NCBI RefSeq assembly: GCF_001194135.2
Contig: NC_068996.1
Span: 50,588,821-50,652,820, forward strand
DNA length: 64,000 nucleotides
Direction of reading: 5' to 3'
Origin: Octopus bimaculoides
Taxonomy: Eukaryota
The position numbers and the translations under genes were made by a program. Below the pieces are notes generated by a model. The model saw only the letters and a program-made list of their open reading frames with translations. It ran no database searches and had not been told where the DNA came from. Every line of letters starts with the position of its first letter. Position 1 is the first letter of the stretch. This document shows, one piece after another, positions 12,101 to 26,606 of this stretch.

Positions 12101-15100
12101 CAGTAAAATAAAGTACTAGTCAAGTACTAAGGATTGATGGTATCAATGTGTCCCCTCCCACTAAAACTGGTGGCCTTGAACCCTGCAACAGACCATATCC
12201 CTTTCAGGGGGCTGTCTTGTTCTTTGGTTGCTTATATGCTGTGGAAACTGGATAGGTAGTTTTATGGGTCTCAGGGTTCAAGAAAAAATATAAATATGGT
12301 CTCATGGGGACAAAGTCGCTGAGTTCCTTTTGAGCATTGGGCCTCACGGAGGCAATAACTGAGACCTTTTGTATTATGTTGTGCTTGAGAAGACCCATCA
12401 AGCCAAGAAAAATCGCAGTCATAGCAGATACCAGTGTCACACAAATGGCACTCATTTGTGTGACACTGGAGTGGTTGGCATTAGGAAGGGCATCCAGCTG
12501 TAGAAAACCTTGCCAAATCAGACTGGAGTCTGGTGCAGCCTCCCAGCTTACCAGCCCTGGTCAAACCGCCCAACCCATGCCAGCATGAACAACAGATGTT
12601 AAATGACGATGATGATGTATTCTGATTAAGTTAGGCAAATGGATGGTAATTCACCTGCTGCTGAGACTGCTGTACTTTTTAGCACTGTACGTCTGTGTGA
12701 GATGCTTTCTCAAGACGAATACTACAGTATTATAGTGTTCATCCATTAAAGATATCCAAATCACCATTCATAAAAGTTTTTATTTGTTTTTTAAACATAT
12801 TTTCTAGTAATATTTTAAAAGTTGGTCCAAGAAAGATATGTATTGTTCAAGACTTTTACAATCCCCACCCCAAATTTATGTAGCCAGTGTTCACTTTGAC
12901 CATCATTATCATTTAACATCTGTTGCCCATGCTAGCATGGGCTGGGTAGTTTGACCCCGGGCGGGTAAGCCGAGGGGCTGTACCAGACTCCAGTCTGATT
13001 TGGCGTGGTTTTTGAAGTCGGATGCCCTTCCTAACACCATGTAAATGGGAAATGTAAGTGGGGAAAGAAGCCAGGGTTCTGTGTCAGATGCTTGCAGTAT
13101 AGTGATCTAAAGTCAATCAAAGAACAGGTGGTAGTGATGGTGGTAGTGGTGGTGTTATGAATTCAGAAGTGTGTCAGACCTGTTATCCAATTGTTAATAC
13201 ATTGCTTCTTAACCCTTTGGCATTCAGATTACTCTGGCAAATGTAATGCTTATTTATTCAAATTGATTTGAATTAATCGTGCATTATCTTGCAGCTTCAA
13301 GATTTCAATGACATTGTAAGATAGCTGTGAGAGACTGGATTTAGCCAGTTTGAACATAAAACAAGCAGAATATTTTGGACCGGATGTGGCTGGTTTAAAT
13401 GCTTGATGTATTGGACTTGGTTTTCAGCCTGTCTATAACCAAATTCCCTTCTTTATTGTTTGGTTCTTTTGTATGATTTTGCTATGGAATAGTGATATTC
13501 TAATTTTTAGAAAATGTTTTGTTTTGTTGTTGGTGTCATTTGAAAAATCGATGCTTGAGTCACAGAAAACTAAATCATCATCATCATCCATCAAATGTCT
13601 GTTTAACCATGCTGGCACGGGTTGAACAGTTTGACAGGAACTGACCAGCTGAAGAACTGTTTAGGTCCTATATCTGTTTTGGCATGGTTTCTATTGCTGG
13701 ATGCCCTTCCTAATGCCAACCACTTTACAGAGTGTACGGGGTGCACCAGCATTGGTGCTTTTTATGTGACACCAGCACTTATAAGCCCGTAAGGTTAGGG
13801 ATGCTCAGCTGGAGAGGGTTGCAAGGGCAACCACACTTACTTAGCTTGATGTGTCTTTCCAAGTACAGCAAACCACCAGGAGTCTTAATCCCCTGTCATC
13901 CCCTTTATGGATCCCTACATCTGTAGGTCCTTTCTCACCACTTCATCCTCATTTTCTTATTTTAATCCACAAGTCTTTTTTTTTTTTGTTCATAGATATC
14001 GAACCTTTTTCTGTGAAAATTAATCTGCTAATCAGGTTATATTTAGCTTATAACTTTGCTCCACATTCTCTCTTCTGTCTTTTGTATTTCTCTTTATTAG
14101 GGCATTCCTCTGCATGTTTTGCTGCTGAGATGAGCTTTAGTGTTATACAATTCTGACATTTGCAAATATACAGCTGAATTTACCGGTGGCTTGTGAAAAT
14201 ATTTTCCATTGTTGAATTGTAGATTTAAAGCATCTGTTTGGCTAACAGCCAACAGTCCTCTTTTACTACAGTTAGAAATGCTTTTATACCCCTCATTAAT
14301 TACCTATTACACATCAGTGATAAAGCCAAGCAATCTTGCTCTGATAGTCACTCATTAATAAGTAACTAAATATGAAATGCTTTCAATGCTTAGAACGTTG
14401 CATAGTACTGATAACTTCTATTATTCTTGATGATGCATGGGAAAAACCATTAACATGGTGGAATGTTTGAACTGGTGGTATATGTTTTATTGAGGAAAAG
14501 CATAATTCACAGATGTCAAAACACTTTTAATTTTTCAAATATCTTAATATTTGACTGAGATATGCCATTTTTCTTGGATAAGCACACATGAACCAGAAAA
14601 TAAGTCTTTTTGAGAAAACAATTTTAAAGTTGAGACATATCTGAGAACTGAAATGTTTTCATAACTTTAGCTTTTTGTAATTCATAAAATGTGTAGGACT
14701 CCTGGTATTCGAGCTGCAGTCATTTGTCACAACTTGTATGGAAAAACATCCAGTTTTGACTTTGGCTTCCATCTTTTTCAATTGTTTTTCTAATGACATC
14801 CAATGAGTTTTTCCATGTGCCAACACATTTCGGTAAACTAATCAACTGAAGAGGAAGATGTCTTGAAGAGGAAGCATAATAACCTGAGTAAGAATGGGGT
14901 AGAAAAAGCTGGAAATCCCTTCATTGCTGGCAATGAGGGGATTCTTTAGTCAAACAAAGAATAGACTCTACTCTTCTTGTGTATGATGGAAGACTGGGAC
15001 AGAATTAGTAAAAGCTGATCTTATGATATTGACCCTCACAGATGAGATAACAAAGAAACTGGTTTACAGCTGTGTTGGAAAGGAACCATGCCAGCAGGTA

Positions 15101-16483
15101 GATGTGATGATGATGGTCATCATCATGAAATCAGAAATACTTCCATATTTCTAGTTTCATAATAAGCTTGGCACTAATTAATGTTGCTTATTAATTAGTA
15201 TGACTTTGATATGAATGGTGATGTAGTAGTTTCAATTGTAGTAGAAGTAGTAGTTTATCACAGTAATAGTACAAAGATTAGCTAGTAGATTATTGATTTT
15301 ATAAGGAATTGGTTCGTCCTTAATCATGTATGTAGAGAGGAATGACATTAACATACATGATGTGAGGCATTGCATAGATAACAATACATGCTGTAAGAAA
15401 TACGATATGCATAAATAAGTGATTACATATTCAAGTTGCTGTGAGAGATGGTGGAGCAAACACAGCTGGAAGAGATTAGAGTTTTAGGTAGAAATATTAA
15501 CCAGAAAATATTACTTGAAATACTGCAAACATGTAACTATTATTAACATGAATAAGTTTGGTTACTAATCATCACCATCACCACCATTTAGCATCCCTTT
15601 TTCCATGTTGGCATGGGTTGGACTGTTCAACATGAACCACTGAGCCAGAGGACAGTGCCAAGTTGTAACATCTGCTTTGGCATGGTTTTTACAATTGGAT
15701 GCTCTTCCTGATGCCAACTGTACTGGCTGCATTTTCTTGTAGTATCAGCTCTTGTGAGGTCACCAAGTAGCCACAAGAGATCCCTTTACTGAGTGGGGTA
15801 CAGTATTGATGGATAAGAAACAACAAGAAAAGGTGAATTGGTTGGTTAAAGAAAATAAACCATTCTACCCATGTTAGTGTGATTAAAAAAAACAGGTAAT
15901 ATTATAAGAAAAATATATAATAATGAAAGTCAGAATGGTGATATGCTGTACTTGAGAAGACCCATCCATCTCAACAGAATTGAAGCTCTGTTGAGCCTTC
16001 TCCCACAGCTCATCTTCTAGCTAGAGAGAGAGAGAGAGATAAGAGATTGAGTATAAGGTGACTATGAGTGACAGAACAGGATGGAGATCACTGGAGTGGG
16101 AGTAGAGTGAAAGATTGTTAGAGACAGGAAATGAGTTGGACTAAGGGGATATCAGTTCGGTGGGGGTGGGGGGGAATTAAGGAAATAGGGTACCACGAGA
16201 GATTGATGGAAGAAGGGGTACTAGAAGATGAATTATGGAAGAAGGCTCGATGGAGCCTCAATTCTGTTGAGATGGATGGGTCTTCTCAAGTACAGTATAT
16301 CACCATTTTGATTTTCATTATTATATATTTTTCTTATAATATTACCTGTTTTTAATCATGCTAGCATGGGTAGAAGGGATTATTTTCTTCAACCAACCAA
16401 TCACCCTTCAAATTGGAGTTTTTTTTGTTTGTTTTTGCCATGCAATTTGGGGAAACAATGTTAAGCTGTCTGCAAAAGCACAG

Positions 16484-16517
<34 letters not shown>

Positions 16518-16922
16518 CGGGCTTCTTTCAGTTTCCATGCTAGCATGGAAAGCAGACGTTAAACGATGATGATGATGATATATATATATATTGTTATACT
16601 TGGGGATGGTGATTATATTTTACAAGTTAAACACATTGCACTATAATATTTGGTCTTCATTTCATCTTTATTACTATTTTAGTTTCTTTGTCAAAGTTCT
16701 TTCATCACACATCCTGTGATTCCTTCAGCGACTCTTTATCTCCTGTCTCCTTTTGTTCTACTTATTCCATTTTTCCCTTTCCAAAAAAAAAAAAAAAAAA
16801 GACCAAGGAGAACAAAAGGAGACATGGAGATAAAGTATCAGTGAAGAGGTTGCAGGATGTGTGACGAAAAAGCTTTGACAAAGAAACTAAAATGATAATA
16901 ATAATAAAGCTGAAGTGAAGAC

Positions 16923-16956
<34 letters not shown>

Positions 16957-19900
16957 GTGTGCTTAATTGGTAAAATATGACCATCCCCAAGTATAACAGT
17001 CTATATATCTTATCTGTTTTGGGTATATTGTAGAAAGCTACAATGTGAAAGTATTCATCTTGAGAAAGCTCCTTGTATAGACATGAAGTGCTAATCTGCA
17101 AACTGGTGTATTGGTAGCAGAAGAAAAGCATCCAGTAGCAGTGGTATAATTGCCAAATTATGATTTCTGTGTCTTTTCACATCATCAGAAGCAAATATCC
17201 TCTATCAACTTCATCATCATCATTTAACGTCGATGCTGGCATGGGTTGGACGGTTTGACTGGGATGGCATGGTGGAAGGCTGCACCAGACTCCAGTCTGA
17301 TTTGACATAGTTTTCTACAGCTGGATGCCCTTCCTAACACCAACCACTCTGAAAGTGTAATGGGTGCTTTTACATGCCACCGGCACAGGTGCCAATTTGT
17401 GTAACACTGGTATCTGCCACAACTGCGATTTTGCTTCGCTTGATGGGTCTTCTTCTCAAGCATGACATAACGCCAAAGGTCTTGGTCATTGCCTCCGTGA
17501 GGCCCAACACTCGAAAGGAATTCAGCCACTTTCTGTCCACGAGGCCCAACACTCCAAAGGAACCCAACCACTTTGCCTCCGTGCGGCTCGACACTCGAAA
17601 GGAACTTGGCCACTTTGCCTCTATGAGACGCAATGCTCAAAAGAAGCTCAGCCACCTTGGCTCCGTTAGTCCCAACCTCATGGTTAGACAAATTGACACT
17701 ACTGATATAAGCAGTAATTAACAAATCACAGTTGTCACACACACATAGCTAGCAGACTGGGTAAAAATTCTTAGCAATGGAAGTGGTAATAAGATGTATG
17801 TATGTATATTTAGTCCTTTCTTGAAAATATCTTTGTATTAAATTTTTGATATTACCTAGTGTTTTGAAATATAATTTTCTCCTGATCTGTTTATTTTTGC
17901 CCTAAAATGCTTTGGTATGGAAATTTTTGCTTTTCATTTTAAAACTGATTATATTTTGTTATGCATGTTGTTTAATATAAAATGTTTCTTAAATTTACAG
18001 AGCAATCCTATAAAAGTACTGGTTACAGGAGCAGCCGGGCAGATTGCCTATTCTCTCCTCTTCAATGTAGCAAAGGGAAACATCTTTGGTGCTGACACGG
18101 TAGGAAAATTATCATAGTTATTAATGTGTGTGTGTGTGTGTGTGTGTGTTATGATATTCTTCATCTCCACAATGTCAATGATTATATAAAATTGTTCAAT
18201 AATGTTGGTTGCAATTCTCTCCCTTGAAAATCTACAGCTAAATTACATGCTATGACACACACACACACACGTATTCTTTTATTTTTTTTTACTTGTTTCA
18301 GTCATTTGACTGTGGCCATACTGGAGCACCACCTTAAAAGGCTTTAAGTCAAACAAATCAACTCGAGGTCTTATATCTTAAGCCTAGTATTTATTTTATC
18401 AGTCTCTTTTGCTGAACTGCTAAGTTATGGGGACATAAACACACCAGCACTGGTTGAAAAGCGGTGATATGGGGACAAATACAGACGCACACACACACAC
18501 ATATGATAGGCTTCTTTCACTTTCCATCTGTCGTATCCACACACAAGTCTTTTGCTGGACCAAGACTATAGTAAAGTACACTTACCCAAGGTCCCATGCA
18601 GTGGGACTGAACCCAGAACCATGTGATTGGGATGCAAGCCTCTTGCCACACAATTACACTTGTACCTATGTATATCTTTTATATTTTACTTGTTTCAGTC
18701 ATTGGACTGTTGCCATGTTGGGTACCATCTTGAAGGGCTTTAGTCAAACAACTCAACCCCAATACTGGTTTTTTTTTTTAAGCCTTCTACTTATTGTAAT
18801 GGTCTGTTTTGATGTAAACAAACCAACACCGGTTGTCAAGCAGAAGTTGGGGACGAACACAAAGACACACATTAATATGTTTCAGTTTCTGTTTATCAAA
18901 TCCACTCTCAAGGCTTTTTTCAGCCCAAGGCTTTGTTCACTCCAAGAGGATAGTGAGTGCTTTTTACGTGCCACCGGTACTGGAGCCTGTCAGGGGGCAC
19001 TGGCATTGACCATGCTTGAATGGTGCTTTTTACATGCCACCAGCATGGGAGCCAGTCAGGGGGCACTGGTATAATCACATCATAATCTCAAAGCTTTGAG
19101 ATAATGCAGGATTAATTGAAAACAATGACTAAATTAAGCAGTTCAATTGACAGAGTAAGCTGAATGTTAAAAGGGTAAAATGGATAATGTAAAAATCAAT
19201 ATGATGTTGCAAAATTCACACACTATTTCAATAAGGATAGTCTTGTTCTTTCAGCCTAAATACTTTGAATATCCAGATAAGGTTTGGCCTCATGCACCTG
19301 TATGCCTGAAACACAGTTAAAATTGGCTGCTTTTCAATTACTTTTTGTTAAAAGGTTTTTGTTAAATGTCATATGAATGTAGAATTTTTGCAATCTATAA
19401 ATTGTTTATCATGCAGTTACTTTACTAAGACATTTAACATTTATTGCTGTAGAAGGACCGAGAAATCTCTATTATTGTCCAAGTCCATGTCAGTATAGAA
19501 GGCTGACATAAAATGGTGATGAGGATGCAGATGTCCCTTAAACAGTTTGTTCCTGACACTAAATATCCTTATCTCTAAAATCTACATTCAGCTCATACAA
19601 GTATACTCCCAAGCAATAATCCTCCAGCTTGCAGTTCTTTTGACTATGTTTTTATAGAGGCCTTACATTTAGAAGACATCTTGAATTTGTCTCATCTGAC
19701 AAGGCAGGGTTGTTTTACAAACCTATGAAATGTTAAGTTGCATGGAGTTGAATCAAATTGTTATTACATTATATATGTAACTCATACCTGTTATGGTGAG
19801 TGCTACTTTCATTTGTCCATTCGCTGTATGTGTGAGCCAATAAGAAGACTTCTATATGCTAGGAGTGGCAGAAATAGCCCAAAACCAGGACTGGTCTACT

Positions 19901-22900
19901 GGTCCCGCTGCTAGGAGATGGTAGGGGTTCGCTTCCCTGCTTACAATTTTATTGGATGCAGGTGTGCATTGTTAACCAGCTAGAGATGTCCTCTTGGGGT
20001 TAAAAAATTGCAGTGAGTCCGCTCAAATTGACAGCCATGTTGAAGTGGCCACGAATATTACTTATTTTAAAAAAATTTTCTAATTTAAAAAAAAATTTTT
20101 ATTTAAAAAATTTTTTTTTAGCCTATATCATTGGTACTTTTGGATATTGAACCAATGATGCAAGTTCTGGATGGAGTTGTCATGGAACTAAAAGACTGTG
20201 CTCTCCCACTGCTGAAGGGTAAGTTTCTTTGATATATAATTTCATCTCATCTCTTGTAGTTTTTATAATCTGTTTTAATACTGACAAAAATGAAAACAAA
20301 AGTATCCATTTATATAGAATCTCATATAAAGCATAAGAAAACAGCATCTATTGACATTAAAGATCTGAGTTAAGACTTTGTCTGTTTTGTACCTTTAAGT
20401 TCTGTTTTGTTTAACTCTCTTGGTATTTAAACCAGCCATATCCAGCTCAAATACTCTACCTGTTTTATGTTCATACTGACCAGATCTGACATCTCACACC
20501 TACCCTACAATGTCATTCTACAATTATACAGTCACATCATTAAAATCTCAAAGCTACAAGATAATGCATGGTTCATTCAGAACAATGTGAATAATTAAAG
20601 CATTACATTTGACAAAGAAATCTGAATGCTAAAGAGTTAAAATAGATGAAAATAGATTTTGTAGTTGTTTTACCTTTAGTGATCAAGTTGGGTGGTTAGT
20701 AAAATGAAGGGCAGCCATCCAGTTAGAAATTGAACTCTTCTATTATAAGATTTTATTTTTTTACTTAACCCATTACCTCCCATAATTCTATTAACTGGAA
20801 TTTTTTAATGAAACTTTGATTTCTAGCATAAAACAGCCTTAGAAACACGCTGAAATGATCAAAATAACATTTTAAATAGAACTAAGTGAGATATTGGGTG
20901 AAAAATTAGCAAACCTCATTTGAATATCAGAGAAATATACCTAGTAGATATAGCAAAAAGGTGAGATACGTGTAAATATTGACAGATAATTACAAAATTT
21001 GTAATTTTTAAGTGATCTCATATGAGATCACTGGTAGGTAATATGTTAATATTACAATTGGTAAATAGTAGCATTGTTAGTCACATATTTCCAATGTGCC
21101 AACCACTGGTTGACCTATTTCTGATGATGAGGGTGGTAAGGGTCATGAGGGAAGGGCCTGTGATTTGGTGCTAAAGGGATTTTGTTTGAAAGCCCCCACT
21201 CCCTTTTTTTAAATCCTTGGTTTTCTTGCAATCTACATGTTGGTATATTGGTAAGCGATGAGTGTGTATGTAGGAGGGGAGGCTTTCACTCGTTTTCTGT
21301 TTGCCGAATTCTACTTACAAAGCCGTTGTCAAAATGAAGGTAGGATAGTTGCTCATGTCTTTTAACCTCAGGTTGATCTTGGAACCACATGGTCATGAAG
21401 CTGATTTTCTTAACAACACAGCCTTGGTTGCAAATATCCTGCATAATTTTAAGGGATACGAAAGAGAAAAAAATAAATAAATAAAATTTTGAAAAATAAA
21501 AGTTTTTTTTTTTTTTTGCCAGAGCACCAGCTGTCTGGCTTTCGTGCCGGTGGCACGTAAATAGCACCATTCAAGCGTGACCGTTACCTACGTCGCCTTC
21601 CTGGCACTTGTGCCAGTGGCACATGAAAAGACATTTGAGCGAGATCGTTGCCAGTGCCGCTGGACTGACTCCTGTGCAGGTGGTACGTAAAAAACACCAT
21701 TTGAGCATGGCCATTGCCAGTACCATGTGACTGGCCTTCGTGCCGGTGGCACGTAAAAGCACTCACTACACTCTCTGAGTGGTTGGCTTTAAGAAGGGCA
21801 TCCAGCTGTAGAAACTCTGCCAAATCAGATTGGAGCCTGGTGTTGCCATCCGGTTTCACCAGTCCTCAGTCAAATCGTTCAACCCATGCTAGCATGGAAA
21901 GCGGACGTTAAACGATGATGATGATGTTGATGGGAGAAAATGTCTTCAGACTGTTTTATTAAAGACAGAGTAACATTTTTTAAGTGGGAGAACTATTTTG
22001 TATTACAACCAGCTCAGTAAGGTTCTTCAACAGCAAAATTATTCGTGTTGTGCTCCTCATTTTTTGAACCTGTTGCTGTTATTGTTGTTTTTTTCTTTCT
22101 TTTTCTTCAGTTTATTAACCCTTTAGCGTTTAAACCAGCTATACCTGCCCAAATATTGTACCTGTTTTATGTTCAAACTGGCCAGATCCAGCCTCTCACA
22201 CTTACCCCACAATGACTATTCCAAAAATAGTCACATATTCAAAATCTTGAAGCTACAAGATACTCCATGATTAATTTTAAAAAATGTGAATGAATAAGCA
22301 TTAGGTTTGATGAATTAATCTGAATGCTGAAGGGTTAATGAGTTTCTCATTTGCCTTATTGTATTGCCACTTCAAGGTTGACTCAACAACAGTTCAATGA
22401 GATATATGTACATTGTGTACTAATAAGCCATACCCAGTAAGGGTATGTGTACTCTGTGAATCTGGGACATTCTGAATTGACTCTTTAACTGTTTAGCATT
22501 CAGGTCACTCTGTCAAATGTAAACCTTATTTATTGATATTGTTTTGGAATTAATCATGCATTATCTCGTAGCTTCGAGATTTCAATAATGTGATTGTATA
22601 TTTTTAGAATGACATTGTAGGGGAGGTGTGAGAGGCTGGATCTGGTCAGGTTCAACATGAAATAGGTAGAATATTTAGGCCAGATATGATTAGTTTAAAT
22701 GCTAAAGGGTTAAAATGGTAAGGAATTATTTGAAGATCTGGCTGCTATGTCTAGCAAGTTGAGCAACCACTTAGAGGTTCTGGCATTGGCTTGTAACATT
22801 AATATGTTGCTGTTGTTTAACCCCAGGTCAACCCTGTTTGAGCAGTTCTCATGATCATCCAGTCTATTAAATCTTACTCTGTCAAATGTAATTCTTCTTT

Positions 22901-25900
22901 ATTCATTGTTTTGGAATTAATCATGCCTTATCTCATAGCTTCAAGATTTCAATGATATGATTGTATATTTTTAGAATGACATTGTAAGGTAGGTGTGAGA
23001 GGCTGGATCTGGTCAGGTTCAACATAAAACATGTAGAATATTTGAGCCAGATGTGGTTGGTTTCAATGTTAATGGTTAATCCTGGTTCAGAATTTCAAAT
23101 GTTTTCATTTATTATTGAGATGGTTTGTGTTTCCATTTGTAGCATCCTTCATACCTCCAGCTGTAGCTTTTTGCATTTTTAGTTTTGTGTTAATTTTTTA
23201 TTTGTCTATTGAATTTTTTTTTGTGCAAGGTTCCTATTGGGTGTTATTAGGGGTTAATCACTGAGTTTAATGTAATTAACTAACTATTCCCATCCCCATC
23301 TGAAATTACTGGCCATGTCTCAAAAAGCCATTACTATTATGATTATGGAACATTGAATTGACTGTTTTAATGATTATAGAGTGTTGGTGCCATGTAAAAG
23401 GCATCCAGTACACTCTGTAAAGTGGTTGGCATTAGGAAGGGTGTCGAGCTGTAGAAACTGTTGTAGTGAAATGGTATACTCCTTCCCATGTGACAAAGTG
23501 GTATGAACCAACCACTATAAAGTCAGATTGCCAGTCATTGTAGGAGGTCAGTAGTAGTAGAGTCATTGCATGAGTTCTCAGTTGGAGTCAGTTACATGTT
23601 ATATACAAGTTCGAGTTACCATTAAGGTAGATGTTTCAAAGTTGTCTTGTGGAACTATCAACAATAGCACAATAGACAAATCAAAGATAAGAAGATACAG
23701 AATACTGCCACAACATAATAGAGGTGACAAGAATATTATAGTGCCAACAACATACAAGTGGATGAGAATTCACATTATAACAGAAGCCAAATCAGAACAG
23801 ACTATGGAACCTGGTACAAACCCTGGTCTTGCCAGCTCCTGTCAGACCATCCAACCCATGCCAGCATGGAAAACGGACATTAAATGACGATGATGTCTCA
23901 GTATTTGAAACTTTGTCAGTTAAGTTAGTCTTTTATTCCTTGAGGGCTGATAGAAACAAATACCAGTCAAGTGTTTTAGTCAGTTCATTTGACAATGCAT
24001 TACCCTGACAAATTTGTAGAATAATGCTCATTTTAACCATTGCTCTTTCTATTACTGTATATTATTATTATTATTATTATTGTTCAGTAGTTTTATTTTT
24101 ATAACGTGCTTTCACTTCACTACCGAGCACAGCTCTGTGTGCCTTGGGTATGTGCTGTGGTTTGCTGTGGTGCTCTTATGTTTACTGTATTGAAAGTGTT
24201 TTGCATAGGATGTGTGCAGTACCCAGTAGTGCAATTTTCTGTATGTTATATATACTTGTAAGTCCTGGTGTTTTTGTTATGTATTTGTCTGAATATTTTT
24301 TTTATCATACCTAAGGCACCTACTATGATAGGAATTGTTTCTGTTTTTAGACTCCACATTCGAGTTACCTCTTATTATTATTATTATTATTATTTGTCTT
24401 TCTCTTCTCAGAAATAACCTCAACTGCTTCTCTTGATGTTGGTTTTAAGGATATTGATGTGGCTCTTCTTGTTGGAGCCATGCCACGTAGAGAAGGAATG
24501 GAAAGGAAAGATCTTTTGGCTTCCAATGTGAAAATTTTCAAGAGTCAAGGGCAGGCTCTAGATAAATATGCCAAAAAGTCTGTCAAGGTAAGACCAGATT
24601 TTCGGTTCTATATATTTTACTCCTTTTCAAGTCTGGAATTATAATCTCTGAATTAAAATAACATACAGATTTAATTCGACATGTTGGGCATCATCATCTT
24701 GTAATGCAATCCTATTGTAATGTTCTTGTTTAACTCCATGGCAGCATATGATGAAAAATGTTCTTACCATGACCATCTCATCTATTATTCAAATGTAGTG
24801 TATCTATGACTTTAATTAACCAATTTACCTTGATAAATCCAATCTAGACAAAAAAAAAAGGTTTTGGTTGAAATATAAAATTCTCAGCAATTATTAAGAA
24901 GTTTGATTTTTTTTTTTTTCCCATTATAATCTGCAATATTTGGTCAGTTCATCATCGTTTAACGTCTGCTTTCCATGCTAGCATGGGTTGGACGATTTGA
25001 TTGAGGACTAGTGAGACCAGATGGCTACACCAGGCTCCAATCTGATTTGGCAGAGTTTCTACAGCTGGATGCCCTTCCTGACGCCAACCACTCAGAGGAG
25101 TGTAGTGGGTGCTTTTACGTGTCACCCGCACGAAGGCCAGTCAGGCGGTACTGGCAACGGCCACACTCAAAATGGTGCATTTTATGTGCCACCCGCACAA
25201 GAGCCAGTCCAGGGGCACTGGCAACGATCTCGCTCGAAAATCCCACGAAGGCCAGCCAGGCGGCACTGGCAACGGTCACGCTCAAAATGGTGCATTTCAT
25301 GTGTCACCCGCACAAGAGTCAGTCCAGGGGCACTGGCAACGATCTCGCTCGAAAAATTTCGAGTACTATTTTAAATCTAATTTTTCTTTTCCATGCTGGT
25401 AATAATTCAGTGATTTTTAGCAAATTTGGATACATTCATATTGTTTTAGTAGTTATTTTTACTATCTTTCCTTATTGCTAGCTGTAAAATAATTGAGAAA
25501 CCTGTTGCCTGACAACATAAAAGGAAATAGTTATGTGCTTTAGGCACCCTATAATGTATTTTGCACTAGTAATAAGATTGAGGTTACCTCTCATTGGTAA
25601 TTCCTAGTACACTCTTGATTTCGACTTTAATTTCACTTGCCTCAACAAGTCTTCGCAAGTAGAGTTTAGTGTCCAATGAAGGAAAGGTACGCATAAGTGG
25701 GCTGGTTAAACCACTGGCACAGGCCATCGTTATGGTCTCACTTGGCTTGTCGTGTCTTCTCTAGCACAGCATATTTCCAGAGGTTTCAGTCACTAGTCAT
25801 TGCCTCGGTGAGGCCTAATGTTCGAAGTTCATGCTTCACCACCTCATCCCAGGTCTTCCTGGGTATACCTCTTCCACAGGTTCCCTCAACCGCTAGGGTG

Positions 25901-26570
25901 TAAAACTTCTTCGTACAGCTATCCTCATCCATTCTCAGCACATGACCATATCAGCACAGTCATCTCTCTTGCATACCACATATGATGCTCCTTAGGTCCA
26001 ACTTTTCTCTCAAGGCACTTACACTCTGTCGTGTATGCACACTGACATTGCACATCTAGCAAAGCATACTGGCTTCATTTCTTGCAAGCTTATGCATGTC
26101 CTCAGCAGTCACGGCCCATGTTTCACTGCCATGTAGCATGGCTGTTTGTACACATGCGTCATACAGTCTGTCTTTTACTCTGAGAGAGAGGCCCTTTGTC
26201 ACCAGCAGAGGTAGGAGCTCTCTGAACTTTGCCCAGGCTATTCTTATTTTAGCAGCTACACTTTCAGAGCATCTACCCACCACTACTGACTTGGTCACCT
26301 AGGTAATGGAAGCTATCAATTACTTCTAGTTTTTTCCCCCTGGAATGTGGCAGAAGTTGTTTCCTGCACATTTTCAGTGTTTATAGTTACCTGAGCATTT
26401 GCCACATACAAAAACTATCTTGCTAGTTAACCTTCCTTTGATATTGCTGCACCTCTTATGTGTCCATAGCTTACACTGGGTACATCTTATAGAGTTTCTA
26501 CCTACACCTTTTCTACAGATCGAGCAGGGCCATCTACCTGAAGGGATTTGTGGTTTGTCTACCTTCCTAC

Positions 26571-26606
<36 letters not shown>

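Noticed and set aside
17490-17690. 42-bp repeats (and the 26-bp repeats at 179-283) as a CRISPR-like array
   Set aside because: They are head-to-tail tandem units with no unique spacers, in a eukaryotic intron-containing locus with no cas genes.
18454-19074. 206-aa ORF, the longest gap-free ORF in the track
   Set aside because: It is read through antisense SINE-A copies and an RTE tail and has no protein-like motifs.
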